From contig CAVUZH010000014.1 in the NCBI GenBank assembly GCA_963745835.1, positions 160,001 to 224,000 on the forward strand: 64,000 nt of DNA, given 5' to 3'. A program made the translations under genes and the position numbers. The notes under the pieces are model-generated. The model saw only the letters and a list, made by a program, of their open reading frames with translations. It did no database searches and was not told where the DNA came from. Origin of the DNA: an uncultured delta proteobacterium (GTDB taxonomy: Bacteria; Desulfobacterota; Binatia; UBA9968). Numbering within the stretch: position 1 is the stretch's first letter; the number at the start of each line of letters is the position of its first letter. Positions 41,594-52,091 of this stretch are shown here, piece by piece.

Positions 41594-43246
41594 ATGGATC
41601 AGCAAGAAAAATTTCGGTCTCACACAAAAGAAGACCCCATCTCTGTGGCACTCGAGTCCCGCCACAGGTTCCAGTGGTGGGACTATCCGATTTTCGCAGC
41701 ACTGACTACAGCCCACCTGACGGTATTCGGCTTTGTCCTCTACCAATGGATCAACCAGATCGACAAAACCTACGCCAATTTTATCTTCCCGCTATTGGTG
41801 AGCACCGTCCTCCTGCAGCTTATACTTTGGGAATGGCGGTGGTTAGCCCTTCCGTTTATGCGCGTCCCGCGGCCGATACCTGCAGCCTCCGGTTGGCAGA
41901 TCGCTGTGGCTGTAACATTCGTACCTGGAGCGGAGTCGATCGAGATGCTCGATGAGACAGTCGAAGCACTCGTCGGTATGGATTATCCCCACGACACCTG
42001 GGTGCTCGACGAAGGGGACGACGCAGAAGTCCGCGAGCTCTGTCAAAGACATGGGGCGCGGCATTTCTCGCGCCGGCACATGCTTCAATACCAAACGGAA
42101 AGCGGCCCGTTCAAGTCCCAGACAAAGTACGGCAACTATAATGCGTGGTTAGCGGAGCACGGCTACAGGAGTTATGAACTCGTCGCGGCTTTTGATAGCG
42201 ACCACATTCCGCGCTCTGACTACTTGCAGCAAGTGCTCGGCTATTTCGCCGATGAAAGCATTGCGTATGTCCAGCCGGCACAGGCGTACTACAACCAGCG
42301 CGCAAGCTTCATTGCTGCGGCTGCGGCGGAAGAGACCTATGCCTACTATTCGTCAATCCAGATGGTTAGTTTCGCCGTTGGGTTTCCAATGATAGTTGGA
42401 TGCCATAACACTCACCGAGTCACTGCACTGCAGGAGATAGGCGGGTTCGCGCCGCATGAGGCAGACGATATGGTCATGACGTTGCTTTACAGGGCAAACG
42501 GCTGGCGAGGGGTTTACGTACCACAGATTTTAGCTCGCGGCCTTACACCCGTAGACTGGCCAAATTACTTGAAGCAACAGCGCCGGTGGGCTCGATCTGT
42601 ACTTGACTTCAAGATCCGTATTTTCCCGAGGCACGCCTCCCGGCTGCCGCTGCTTGAGCGCGTTCTCACGTACCTACACGGTCTCTATTATCTACAAGGG
42701 CCGTTTACGGCGTTACAGATATCACTTCTGCTTTTCATGCTGGTGACAAATCTCGTGCCCGACGGACCTGGAATGTTATTCTTGCTTCAGACAGGGGCGA
42801 TCTGGCTCACGGTGCTCATCTGCGATTTCTACCGGCAGCGCTTCTTTCTGGACCCAAGAAGCGAGTTTGGTTGGCATTGGCGCTCAGCATTTGTTGGCTT
42901 CGTGAAGTGGCCGTACTTCATGCTCGCATTTGACGATGCGATCCGTGGAAACTATGGAATTTACCCGATTACCCAGAAGACGCCGGCCTCTAGAAACGCG
43001 ATTGGTTTCGCTATCACTCATGCGGCGGTGCTCGTCTTAGTTGGCACTGCGTGGACCATCGATCTCTTTCGCGGCTCCGCAGAGTTCATACCGCTACACA
43101 TCGCGACCGGTTTCACGGCCATTGCGTCTCTTGCGGCCGTAATCACCTCATTTCGTGATTTTCCGCCACCATATGAGTCAGAGATTTACCAGCGCTGGAA
43201 TCGACGTCAAGAAACAGATCAGCTTCGGGATGCATATCCCGGCTAG
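41594..43246 (+). CDS. Processive GT2 (cellulose synthase-like) glycosyltransferase
   Basis: LDEG, KYGNYN, FDSDH, VQPAQ, ADD and QQRRW motifs, flanked by TM helices; frame intact. Confidence 0.9.
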   Translation: MDQQEKFRSHTKEDPISVALESRHRFQWWDYPIFAALTTAHLTVFGFVLYQWINQIDKTYANFIFPLLVSTVLLQLILWEWRWLALPFMRVPRPIPAASGWQIAVAVTFVPGAESIEMLDETVEALVGMDYPHDTWVLDEGDDAEVRELCQRHGARHFSRRHMLQYQTESGPFKSQTKYGNYNAWLAEHGYRSYELVAAFDSDHIPRSDYLQQVLGYFADESIAYVQPAQAYYNQRASFIAAAAAEETYAYYSSIQMVSFAVGFPMIVGCHNTHRVTALQEIGGFAPHEADDMVMTLLYRANGWRGVYVPQILARGLTPVDWPNYLKQQRRWARSVLDFKIRIFPRHASRLPLLERVLTYLHGLYYLQGPFTALQISLLLFMLVTNLVPDGPGMLFLLQTGAIWLTVLICDFYRQRFFLDPRSEFGWHWRSAFVGFVKWPYFMLAFDDAIRGNYGIYPITQKTPASRNAIGFAITHAAVLVLVGTAWTIDLFRGSAEFIPLHIATGFTAIASLAAVITSFRDFPPPYESEIYQRWNRRQETDQLRDAYPG

Positions 43247-43866
43247 GATAGTAATGGATTTCTGGTTATCAGCAGCGTGCCCCTTCTCGTACGAACAACA
43301 TTGGCCGTAAAGCATTCTCCTAAGGACACCGCGCGCAATTCCTGGCTGAATCAGAACATTCCCCGGGCTATCAACTGTTAGGTTTCACGCATTAGTCATT
43401 TGAAGGCCGAGCTTCCGCCACACATACTTATTCAGCTATAACCCCAACTCTGTGCCATCACACTGGGTTGACGGCATTGAATGATCTTTTCTTACGCGTT
43501 CCCCGGCGGGGATATGCGCGTCTAAGGCAGTCGAAATACACCCGACCATGGTTTTGCAGAAATTCGATGACGATCGTTTGCCGCTGCTTTCCAAGGCCGC
43601 ACTTAGAGCAGACAAATGAAAAAAAGCTTTCTCCAAGTCATCGACGGAGTACATTTCGAAATCGATGTTGAACTCTTGCTCAGTGTTACAAGCGGAGTAA
43701 CTTTTCGGGTTCTAATCTCGTATTGTTGTTGAAAGATGACCGCCAGCCGCGCGAGTAGGACGTTGCCGTCTCCGTCTTTCGCCACGCTGCTCGTTAACCC
43801 CACGTTAGATCGAGCGGCCGGGTATCGACCTAATCAAGATCAAGTTCCGTTTCAGTTTTGATCATC

Positions 43867-44333
43867 CTAAAAATCTCCCGGCGGCTTTCGGCGGCATTTT
43901 GCTACTCGATATTTTTCGAAAGGATCATCATCATTCGGTGAAACTTGTTTGACCTTGCTGCGCGACGCCGGCGAGCAGCCGAACTCTGCCAGGCCTTGCC
44001 GAAACGAATCGAAAGCGGTCTTTGCGATTACTACCTGTGACTTGGCGCATTCGCCACTGCTCTCAGTGCGATGCGTAAACTCGGGTTTCAGCTTGTCGAT
44101 TCCCTACGATATACTGACCACCGTTCGCAGATTGCCGCGAATAGAAACATGTTGAGAGACGTTAGAACGCTGATCTTGACCAGCTGCGCATCCCAGCACT
44201 CACGGCCGTAATCGTCCAGCCATGCCGGCGCTTCTAGTTCATTTGGAGGTTCTGGCTGCGGTTCATCCAGGTTTACCCGATCTTTTCGGAAGGTTCCGCG
44301 GAGAATCTTTGATGCAGTCGGTGTTCGTCTCAT
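43867..44333 (-). pseudogene. P27-family terminase small subunit remnant
   Basis: PTASKILRGT..EP..PAWLD N-terminus; LAEFGCSPASRSKV C-terminal motif in another frame. Confidence 0.82.
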
Positions 44334-44538
44334 CTAGTAGGGGTCCTTTTTAAACATTGACAGCGTCAAGACAGCGGGCTTAGCTGGTAACCCGTTGAAA
44401 AAGCCCTGGAGAATTGACCCGCCGCCTTACCCCCTGCGGCACAAGTGCCTGCTACTAGCCCAGCCATACATGTCCTTTGTGGGGATTAGATCGGTCTTGT
44501 TCTTGCGCAGAGATCGGTCAATGTGAACGGAGGTGAGG

Positions 44539-44670
44539 ATGCTAACTGACTCGATCATAAGGATAGCTATGGTGGTTGGATTTCTATCGGCCATGATTCT
44601 TTGGCTCTATAGTCAAAGGGTTTATCTTCTGCCCCATCTATTGTCGATCAATGCCGTTTTTCTCGAATGA
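44539..44670 (+). CDS. 43-aa single-TM peptide
   Basis: GGAGGTGA RBS; MLTDSIIRIAMVVGFLSAMILWLYSQRVY... Confidence 0.6.
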   Translation: MLTDSIIRIAMVVGFLSAMILWLYSQRVYLLPHLLSINAVFLE

Positions 44671-44912
44671 CACTCACGACACGACGCCTCCAGGTTGCCT
44701 CATCATCGGTCCCGCCGCGCGCCTTGATAAGCTTGTGGTCAACCGTATTCGAGGGTTCCAACCCGCATTTCGTACACAATGGATTCTGCTCCAAGCTCGC
44801 CTCCGGATCTTGCGCCAGGCGCCACCGTAACCGCGAGCCGCCGAGTTCGGTCGCCTCTTTTCAGGATCAATCCAGTTTCGAGGTCGAAGTACTTTGCCGC
44901 ATATGGGCTCTT
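44622..44912 (-). pseudogene. HNH endonuclease (packaging-associated type) remnant, copy 1
   Basis: Read across frames: NSAARGYGGAWRKIR...PLCTKC...VDH...GGTDD..NLEASCRECHSRKT. Confidence 0.85.
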
Positions 44913-45001
44913 CTGTGGCGCCTTTCGTCACCTTGACTAAATACGTGATTTTGATATTAACGGCGCCCGCTTGGGGAAGATCCGGGAGACACATCGCTTG
45001 A

Positions 45002-45151
45002 ATGAAGTCGAATAAATCACCGAAGCGTCGGCGCGACATATACGTTCTTTCCATCCTAATCATCGGCGCGCTACCGCTGACACTCATCGTGGCACTGGCG
45101 GTGTATTTATTCGTCTCATACGTGTTCGAGCTCTTGCTCGCTGCCTTCTGA
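45002..45151 (+). CDS. 49-aa basic-headed TM peptide
   Basis: MKSNKSPKRRRDIYVLSILIIGALPLTLIVALAVYLFVSYVFELLLAAF; upstream TTGACT-16-TATTAA at 44933-44960. Confidence 0.6.
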   Translation: MKSNKSPKRRRDIYVLSILIIGALPLTLIVALAVYLFVSYVFELLLAAF

Positions 45152-45373
45152 CTCGGTGCTAAAACTAACTCTCATCAGCGTTGGCACACTGGTATTCCGT
45201 TCTCCAGATCTCCAAAGAATTGATCCCGTTAGGGGATACCGCTAGGTTTTCCTCATGCGCAGAGCTAAGTTGAAACATTTGCCCGAATTAGATATGGGCT
45301 TGGCAGCAATCATTTTGGATTGTCGTGATCGGGATTTTTTAATCATAGCACTGCTGAGATGCTGCTAAGTAGT

Positions 45374-45667
45374 TCATCTTCGCCCCTATCGGTAATGAAC
45401 TAGCGCTGTCTTTCGGTTGTGACACTCACGATATAGCGCCTGCAGATTGCTTTCGTCATCGGTTCCGCCTTGTGCCTTCGTGAGAATATGATCAACAGTG
45501 TTGCTCGGCGCCTGGTTGCATTTCATGCAGATCCGGATGGTGCTCTAAAACGCAAGCGCGAATCTTCCGCCACGATAGCCGTAACCACGCTGGGCTGAAT
45601 TGCCACGCCTCTTTTCTGGATCAATCCAGCCGCGAGGCTTTAGCGTCTTTGCCGAATAGGGGCTCAT
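45374..45667 (-). pseudogene. HNH endonuclease remnant, copy 2
   Basis: Read across frames: MSPYSAKTLKPRGWIDPEKRRGNSAQRGYG..WRKIR..CMKC..VDH..GGTDDESNLQALYRECHNRKT. Confidence 0.85.
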
Positions 45668-45748
45668 CTATTCCGGCCTTTTCATCGCCTTGACTAAAAA
45701 CCTGTATTTGATACGTACCCCGCGCATTTTTTGCACCGGGAGGTTCAC

Positions 45749-45871
45749 ATGACCAAACTGCGCAATTGGTGGTCGAACTTCGGCGAAGACACCATGCTTG
45801 TTTCAGCAATACTCGGTCTTGTGCTCGGCCTTTATTTTCTCGTTGCATATCTCTTCATCCGGACCATTTGA
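45749..45871 (+). CDS. 40-aa single-TM peptide
   Basis: GGGAGG RBS; MTKLRNWWSNFGEDTMLVSAILGLVLGLYFLVAYLFIRTI; upstream TTGACT at 45690. Confidence 0.65.
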   Translation: MTKLRNWWSNFGEDTMLVSAILGLVLGLYFLVAYLFIRTI

Positions 45872-45949
45872 TGCGGGTTGCGCCATAAACTAACTCTGTT
45901 CATGACTGCCAACTGGTAATCACCTAAGGAAAAGTGAAGATTCATCCCC

Positions 45950-47700
45950 GCTTGGCTTGATCTATGGCTCGGCCTAATCAATCGAGATCACTCATCGCCA
46001 ACTTCGCAACTTCGGGGTAGTTCTCTGCAATCTCTTTGCAATGACTCACGACCCGGCCTCCGTTGCGATCATTCTAGCGTCCGCCCAAATCGTAGCTCGC
46101 TACTGGTAGCGAACCAGTTCTAAAACCATCGCTTTCGATACCGTCGCGAATCCGTCTAAAGTCATGATTCGCCTTCTCCACTTCCCTGAGCCCGAGAAGT
46201 TGCCGTTTGACCGCTGCGAGAACCGGGGGTCGTTTAGCGGCGCAGGCTTTGAGACTCTCTTGGCTGAGCAGCCGATCCTCAACAGACATGCCGCCTTTAA
46301 ATCGCTTCATCAAATGAAACGCTCACGGCCTTGGAGTTCTTCCAGCTCCTCGTGGATTGACGATTTTGTATCGATTTCAAAACTGGATTCGATGGCCGCT
46401 AAGGTCTCTGAATCGTTGGACCGCGAGTGATCTAGCTTTGATAATTGGTGCAAACTGTCGCCGAAGGTCATCAGACGATTCAGTCTTGGCTGGTCTTGAG
46501 AGTCGCGCACGTGCAGAAGCGCAAGCCTTCTTCCACAATTTCTCGCTCTCTTCGTTAAGAATTTGATTCAACGTGCGCGTGAGCGTTGGGGCATCGCCGC
46601 TGTCTCTGTGATTTCCAAAGAATCGTAAACAAAAAGTTCCGCATCCCCGCTCACGCATCTCGACGCTGAGCTTATGCCGGTTTGCATACTGGCATTGATA
46701 GGCGTCTCTCACCTCGTGGATTGTGGTGGCAACAATGGCTTTTGGCGCGAGACCGCGGCGAATGCATATGTATTTGCCGTCGCGGGAACAATAGCCGTCG
46801 ATGCGGGAGGGATATTTTATGCAGCCGTAGAACTCTCCTCGATAAAGTAAAGTTCCGGGATATCGTTTATCTAAAGCTTAATCCCTGCCGTTTCCGCTGT
46901 GAACTCCGCGAGTTGACGTTCGATTGGGTTTTCGTCGTGTTTGCTGATCATATCGTAAAAGTGCATTTTAAGCTCCCTGTATTCACCGGGCGGCGCGCCG
47001 GCGGGCGGGCTCTAATCGCCAGCGGTGCGCCGGGGTTCAGTAATGGCTTTGGCCGCGGTCGTAGCCTGCTTCCGTTGACTACGTTTTTCTTGTTTTCGTT
47101 GTGCTTTCATTTTTTGGTCGCTTCACGGTTCATTTTCCTGAAATTCAATCCAGACATTTTCCGACTCCTTTAACTTGCAATTGAGCGCCGGGCTTCCCGT
47201 TCCTGGCTCACGATCCATTTTTCGAGCGCTTCCTCGCATACTCGAAAAGTTTTTTTCTCTTGCCGCTGCGTACGAACAACGCGGAGATTGCGCCGGCTGT
47301 GATCATTATGATGATGGTCGATTCGTGCAGCTGCAATTTGAAAGCGACCTAGCCAACGGTGAGCAGCTGCCCGGGTGCCGCGACTTTCGGCTTTGCCTTC
47401 GTCGGCTTCTCCTCAGGAATGTTCTGCTCAAAATTCATTCGCGACTCAGCTTTCGTAGAAAACTCAGACGCGCCGCCACTGGCCTCAACTTTTCCGGCAC
47501 GCTGCGATCTCGGTGTCGCACAGCTTCAAGATCAACCCCAAACAGCCGGCGCCAGATACCAACAATCTGATTCAGTTCGTCCGATTGGTTCTCTGGCAAG
47601 ACTGTTTCAGCGAGTTACTGAAGCTCGGCTGCACGCTTGAGCCTTTCGAGATGCTCTTCCCTTTCGCTGACATTGCGGCCTTGCGCTTTTGCGGTTGCAA
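45950..47700 (-). pseudogene. Degraded run of small hypothetical island genes
   Basis: Protein-like fragments interrupted by stops and frame changes (e.g. ORFs 46074-46313 and 46310-46510); no family recognised. Confidence 0.4.
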
Positions 47701-47726
47701 TAGCCAGGTCGCCCCGCCGGATTCGA

Positions 47727-49669
47727 TCAACGAGACTCATTCCAGTCGTTCGCTTTCCCAAGGATCGGATTCTGTTCCCGAAGTATCCGGTTTAAGATTC
47801 TGTTCCTTTCTGTTCCCATTCTGTTCCGAGTTTCTGGGGAACAGAATTTCGTCAGCGTTAGCAAGGGTTTTTCCCGATTTTTTCGATTCTGTTCATGCTT
47901 TTCCGCGTTCTTCTGTTCCCTATAGGGAATAGAAAGAGAAGACGTAGTAACGTGACTATGCGTAACCGTGGTCAGGTCCGCTGCCAGAGAGTAACAAAAA
48001 GGCTTGCCCTTCTTACCGTCGCCTGTACGTTCAAATTTGCCGTCGCGAAAGAGCTGCCTTAGAGCCTTTGATACGATTATGGTCCCCAACGGTAGAGCAT
48101 CCGGGACCGCCTTTTCGACCACGTCGCCGCCTTCCATTTCTACGAACTCAAGAATTTTCGGCGCGGCTTCTTCGATCTCCGCGTCTTCCATCGTGCCCTG
48201 GATTTCGATTCGCCCTGTTGTTTTGTTAAAGCCGATCGCCGTCTCGGAAAAGTTTTCGCCGCCGCGTTGGTCTGATCTGAGAATCCGCCGCTCACTGTTC
48301 GGAAGGCGTTTCAAAAATAAATAAGTGTAGCAGAGCCCGCGAATCGCCGTGCTGCCGATCGCCGCATCAAGATCATCGGCTGATTCTTTTTTTGCGTGAT
48401 GCAGCATCATGATGTGACAATTCCCCTGACGCGCCGCATCGAGTACGGGCTCAATCTTGTTCGTGACTTCCGCGTAGTCGTTCAGATCTTTAAACCTAAG
48501 CAGCTTCTGTAGAGTGTCGATCACAACTAGCTTCACGCCTTTTTGTTTGATGGTGTGCAGTAGCCAATCGATACAATCGCCTGGCGCCGATCCGGCGTGG
48601 AGATAAAGCGGGCCTGATTCTCGTAATCCAAAACTGACAAAAACGTCAGCAATCTCAGAAAGAGAGCCGTTAAGGAAAAGGTAAGCAACCGGACCTTGCT
48701 GGATTGCACGTCCTAAAAATGGTTCACCGCGTACGACGCACATACATCAATCACCAATCGTGAAAGTTTTTCGACCTTCGGGTTCGCTACGACAGCCGAA
48801 CCGCCGCCAACCGGTAAGCAATCCTCAACTACCCAACGCGTAGGAGCCTTAGGCGCCTGAAGGATGTCTTTCGCGGTTAATAATTCAGGCCATAGATTAG
48901 CCTGCCCTTTGAGCTCGACGGTTCTGGTAAATGGCGCCGCTGCTTCTACCACCGCTAAGAGATCCTCTTTGCTGTGCGAGCTGAGATAATCTGAGACGTC
49001 ACCCTTTTGCGGTAGATCCGGCAGAGAAATGAGTTTGACTGATTTCGCCAGGGGTAACAGCGATCGCGCCACCGAAAGGCCATGCTCTCGGCCCGGATCG
49101 TCATTATCCGGAAAGATGACAACGTGCTTGCCTTTAAGAGCTTCGCTGTAGGACTGAGCCCATTTACCAGCACCGCCGATGTTTGTTGTGGCAGCTAGAG
49201 CAAGCCCCGTTAGCTTATCCGCATCCTTCTACCCTTCCGCAATGTAGACAATTTCCGAGTTTAGAATTTCCGGAAGGCGATAAAGTACCCGGCGGGTACC
49301 ATTCATGCCTGGAATAAATCGGCGGCTGACAACATCAAAGCGTTTTTGAAAGACGTTTTTTGACCTAGTCCGGCAAGCTCGATAGAGTGGCTTCTGACCT
49401 TCGTCAAGGTAGACATACCGCGCAGTGACTGGATCATCCTTTGAAGGCCCACGATTCTCATTCCCCGCTAGATCGCGCCATGTCAGATTTGCTGCATCGA
49501 TTATGGTTTTTGTTGCGCAGCCGGCTGACATTTGAGTAGGATCTCCCGCCTTCGACTTCGGATCTGCTTAAGGAGTTTTTTTATCTTCGTTAGAAGGGCA
49601 GCGAACCTTGAAGCTGCGGCCGGATCGCTGTGGATTGTCGAAGCGCGCGATGACTTGGTCCAGCGTCAT
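47727..49669 (-). pseudogene. Primase-helicase (Zn-binding, TOPRIM and RepA/AAA_25-like domains) remnant
   Basis: VRCPS..ED...AGC Zn domain; YIAEG*KDAD (nonsense codon), FPDNDDPG and KGDVSDY; helicase LVVIDT, LHHAKK and GSTAI; degraded Walker A. Confidence 0.88.
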
Positions 49670-49928
49670 CTTATAAACCTTCCCGGATCTTGCTGAGTAC
49701 AATGCGGTATTTCCCTATAACAAGCGCAGCGGATTCGAACAGAACGTCGAGGCAAGTTTCGACTGACTTTTCGGCCTCGACTTGATCGCCTTCAGCGCCG
49801 CGCAAGAACGTGTATGCGATATCATCGAGTCGGCGAATTAACAATAATTGTTAACGAATAGACTATGATGAAGAACGCTTTGCGAAGACTTGCCTCGAAA
49901 CCAAACACGAAAATAGCAGACTGGCTGC

Positions 49929-50600
49929 GTGGCGCGTGCAGAAGTTTATGCTGCGCTTGCGAACGTGGCGGATCTGTCAGAGCTCGAGTCGTGGCAAAAA
50001 GTCAAGCTAGTCGCCGATGCTTCGAAGGCTAAAGTGGTTTCCAATCTCGCGAAGCAAAAACCGTCGAGGCAAAGCGATTATTTGCATCACTTAAACGAAA
50101 TGGAATACCGCCCGAATGGCTGGTACTCGTCGAAATTCATCCTTGGGCTCACCGATTCATCAACGACATTCTCGATCATGGTAAAGCTGATGTTAGGGAA
50201 TTTCAGAAACACATCAGCCGACCGGAGGAAATATTTATATTGGAAGATTTCGGAACCTGCGTTTCATACGAGCCTCAAGGTTTACGTAAACAGGTTTGTC
50301 AGAATCTCTGGGAGACTCACCACGTCTGAAATTTTCCTATTTCGGCGTTGTCCGATCTGCCGAACAATTTTCGTGATGAATGGCAAGCAAAAGTATTGCG
50401 ATCAGAAATGTACCGCCCGGCCGGCTGGACCCCGGACAGATTATATGCGCGGATACATGAAGGAACGACGAGCGGCATACGGGAAGAAAAGCGCGAGACC
50501 TGAGGCAAATCGCAATTACCTTTTCTGGTCCCACTTTCGGATCGCTTCCCTTTTTGCCTCGGGAATCTTCGAATCCAACTCTTTGATGCGTTTGGGATAA
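49929..50600 (+). CDS. Hypothetical protein with CGNR-like Zn finger, divergent from the primase
   Basis: RRCPICRTIF...QKYCDQKC followed by an Arg-rich helix; ends uncertain. Confidence 0.55.
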   Translation: MARAEVYAALANVADLSELESWQKVKLVADASKAKVVSNLAKQKPSRQSDYLHHLNEMEYRPNGWYSSKFILGLTDSSTTFSIMVKLMLGNFRNTSADRRKYLYWKISEPAFHTSLKVYVNRFVRISGRLTTSEIFLFRRCPICRTIFVMNGKQKYCDQKCTARPAGPRTDYMRGYMKERRAAYGKKSARPEANRNYLFWSHFRIASLFASGIFESNSLMRLG

Positions 50601-50642
50601 GGAGATCATTTGCTCAGCGATAATGTTAATCGCCCGAAGAGT

Positions 50643-51836
50643 CTACTGGACAGCCGTCTGAGGGAATGACTTGGCCAGCGGAAATTCCGGATGAGGATTT
50701 ACAAACTTAAGATTTGTGGCTGAAAGGCTCACAATATTCCCCGCGCGTTTAGAGTCGTACGATCGAAACTAAATGTTAGCAAATTTACATGTTGACGTGA
50801 CGGATTCCAAAGAGCCTGGCGGCAACTGCTTGAAAGCCGGCGCCTTGTTGCAGTTCTTCCCAATCCTTGTCCTCGACCTCTTCAATCAAACAGTTAGAAA
50901 AGAAGGGCGTTTGCCACAAAACTGAGAAGCGCCCTTTTTAAGATCATCGTATATCGCCTCGAGAACCTTGCTTGCTTCTGCGCTTTCGCATCTCACGATT
51001 GTGGTACTTTCCGAGCCACTAGCAACAGTATAATAAGCGAACGGACAGTGTAAAGGGGCAAGTGCCTCTGCTAACCCGAGGTGGGATTCAATACGTAAAT
51101 CAGCAGGCAACTTTTTGATTTCAACATCCAGATTCGCAACCTTTGCGGCATAACGATCGGAGCGTAAAAGTTCTTTGATCGTATTTGCTAAGGAGCCGAA
51201 TAAAGCTTGATCCGCCCCCATTCTACCTTCTGATTTGATCAAGACAGCAACACGTCGGCCTGTATCCTTCAACTCAGCGAAGAGAACATCCGATAAAAGA
51301 TAAAAGTCACTTTTCCTAATCTTACGTCCTGCATCAATACTTTTTCTTTTGCACTCGATCTCTACCTGCAAATCGTCCTTATACTAGTAGATCGTAATCT
51401 CCAGATCCCGCCAAATCGATGAACTTTACGTCATAACCCCGGTTACAGAAGTGAATTGCGATTTGAAGTTCGAACAGGAATCCTTTGATCGATTCATCAT
51501 CAAAAATACTTCCTCTCAACCTTTTTAAGACTTGTCCGATGCCTTGTGCGCAATACGATTAAGCAGCTTGATATAGGCATACATTTGCGAAGAATCAGCA
51601 TCAAGGTGCTTCCGTATCGTTTTACCCTGCCTACTTAATTCTAAGTAATGCTTCACGCAAACAGCCAAAGGATTCCGCTGGCGCAGATAGTCTCGATAAA
51701 CATCAGCGATAGAAAGGGATGGTAGTTTTTCATATTTGAGGAGTTTTTTTCGCCATCGTTCTTACGTCGTCCACTCAAAAAACCGCCTGAGCTCACGTAC
51801 TACTTCCTTGTCATGCATTTCCGGATTGAATCTCAT
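50643..51836 (-). pseudogene. PD-(D/E)xK nuclease-like gene remnant
   Basis: Read across frames: FLFELQIAIHF..GYDV....YDLL....VEIECK; internal stop and several indels; AT-rich. Confidence 0.6.
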
Positions 51837-51889
51837 TTCCCTTCCTACTCGCGTTTAGAAAACCTTGAGCAGGACTCTAGTTAAAAGCT

Positions 51890-51919
51890 ATTCATTTGAA
51901 CACTATTGGAACAATTTCT
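51890..51919 (+). repeat. Putative integrase arm-type sites (right end)
   Basis: ATTCATTTGAACACTATTGGAACAATTTCT, matching 36025-36054. Confidence 0.75.
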
Positions 51920-52049
51920 ATGCGGAATCGTGCGGAAAGCGGAATGTAACAGAAACAGCAGGATTCATTCAAACAGTGAAACACAAGCGAACACGGGAAG
52001 TTATTGCTAACTCCCCGCTTTCGCTTCAGCTTTGACAAATCGATGTTCA

Positions 52050-52091
52050 GGTTTTTAAGACCGATGGTTTCAACCGCTCACCCACCCCTCC
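52050..52091 (-). repeat. att site: displaced 5' half of tRNA-Ser with 2 substitutions
   Basis: GGAGGGGTGGGTGAGCGGTTGAAACCATCGGTCTTAAAAACC versus tRNA ...ACCACCGGTCTTGAAAACC. Confidence 0.93.

Larger units (their letters stand above)
35936..52091. mobile_element. Decaying phage-satellite-like integrative island in tRNA-Ser (~16 kb)
   Basis: 42-bp direct repeats at 35936-35977 and 52050-52091 (2 mismatches); integrase, HTH, primase-helicase, HNH and TerS remnants; no TerL, portal, capsid or tail genes recognised. Confidence 0.93.

Noticed and set aside
46682-47932. Plus-strand ORFs of 90-160 aa in the island
   Set aside because: No RBS or motifs; they look like shadows of the degraded minus-strand genes.
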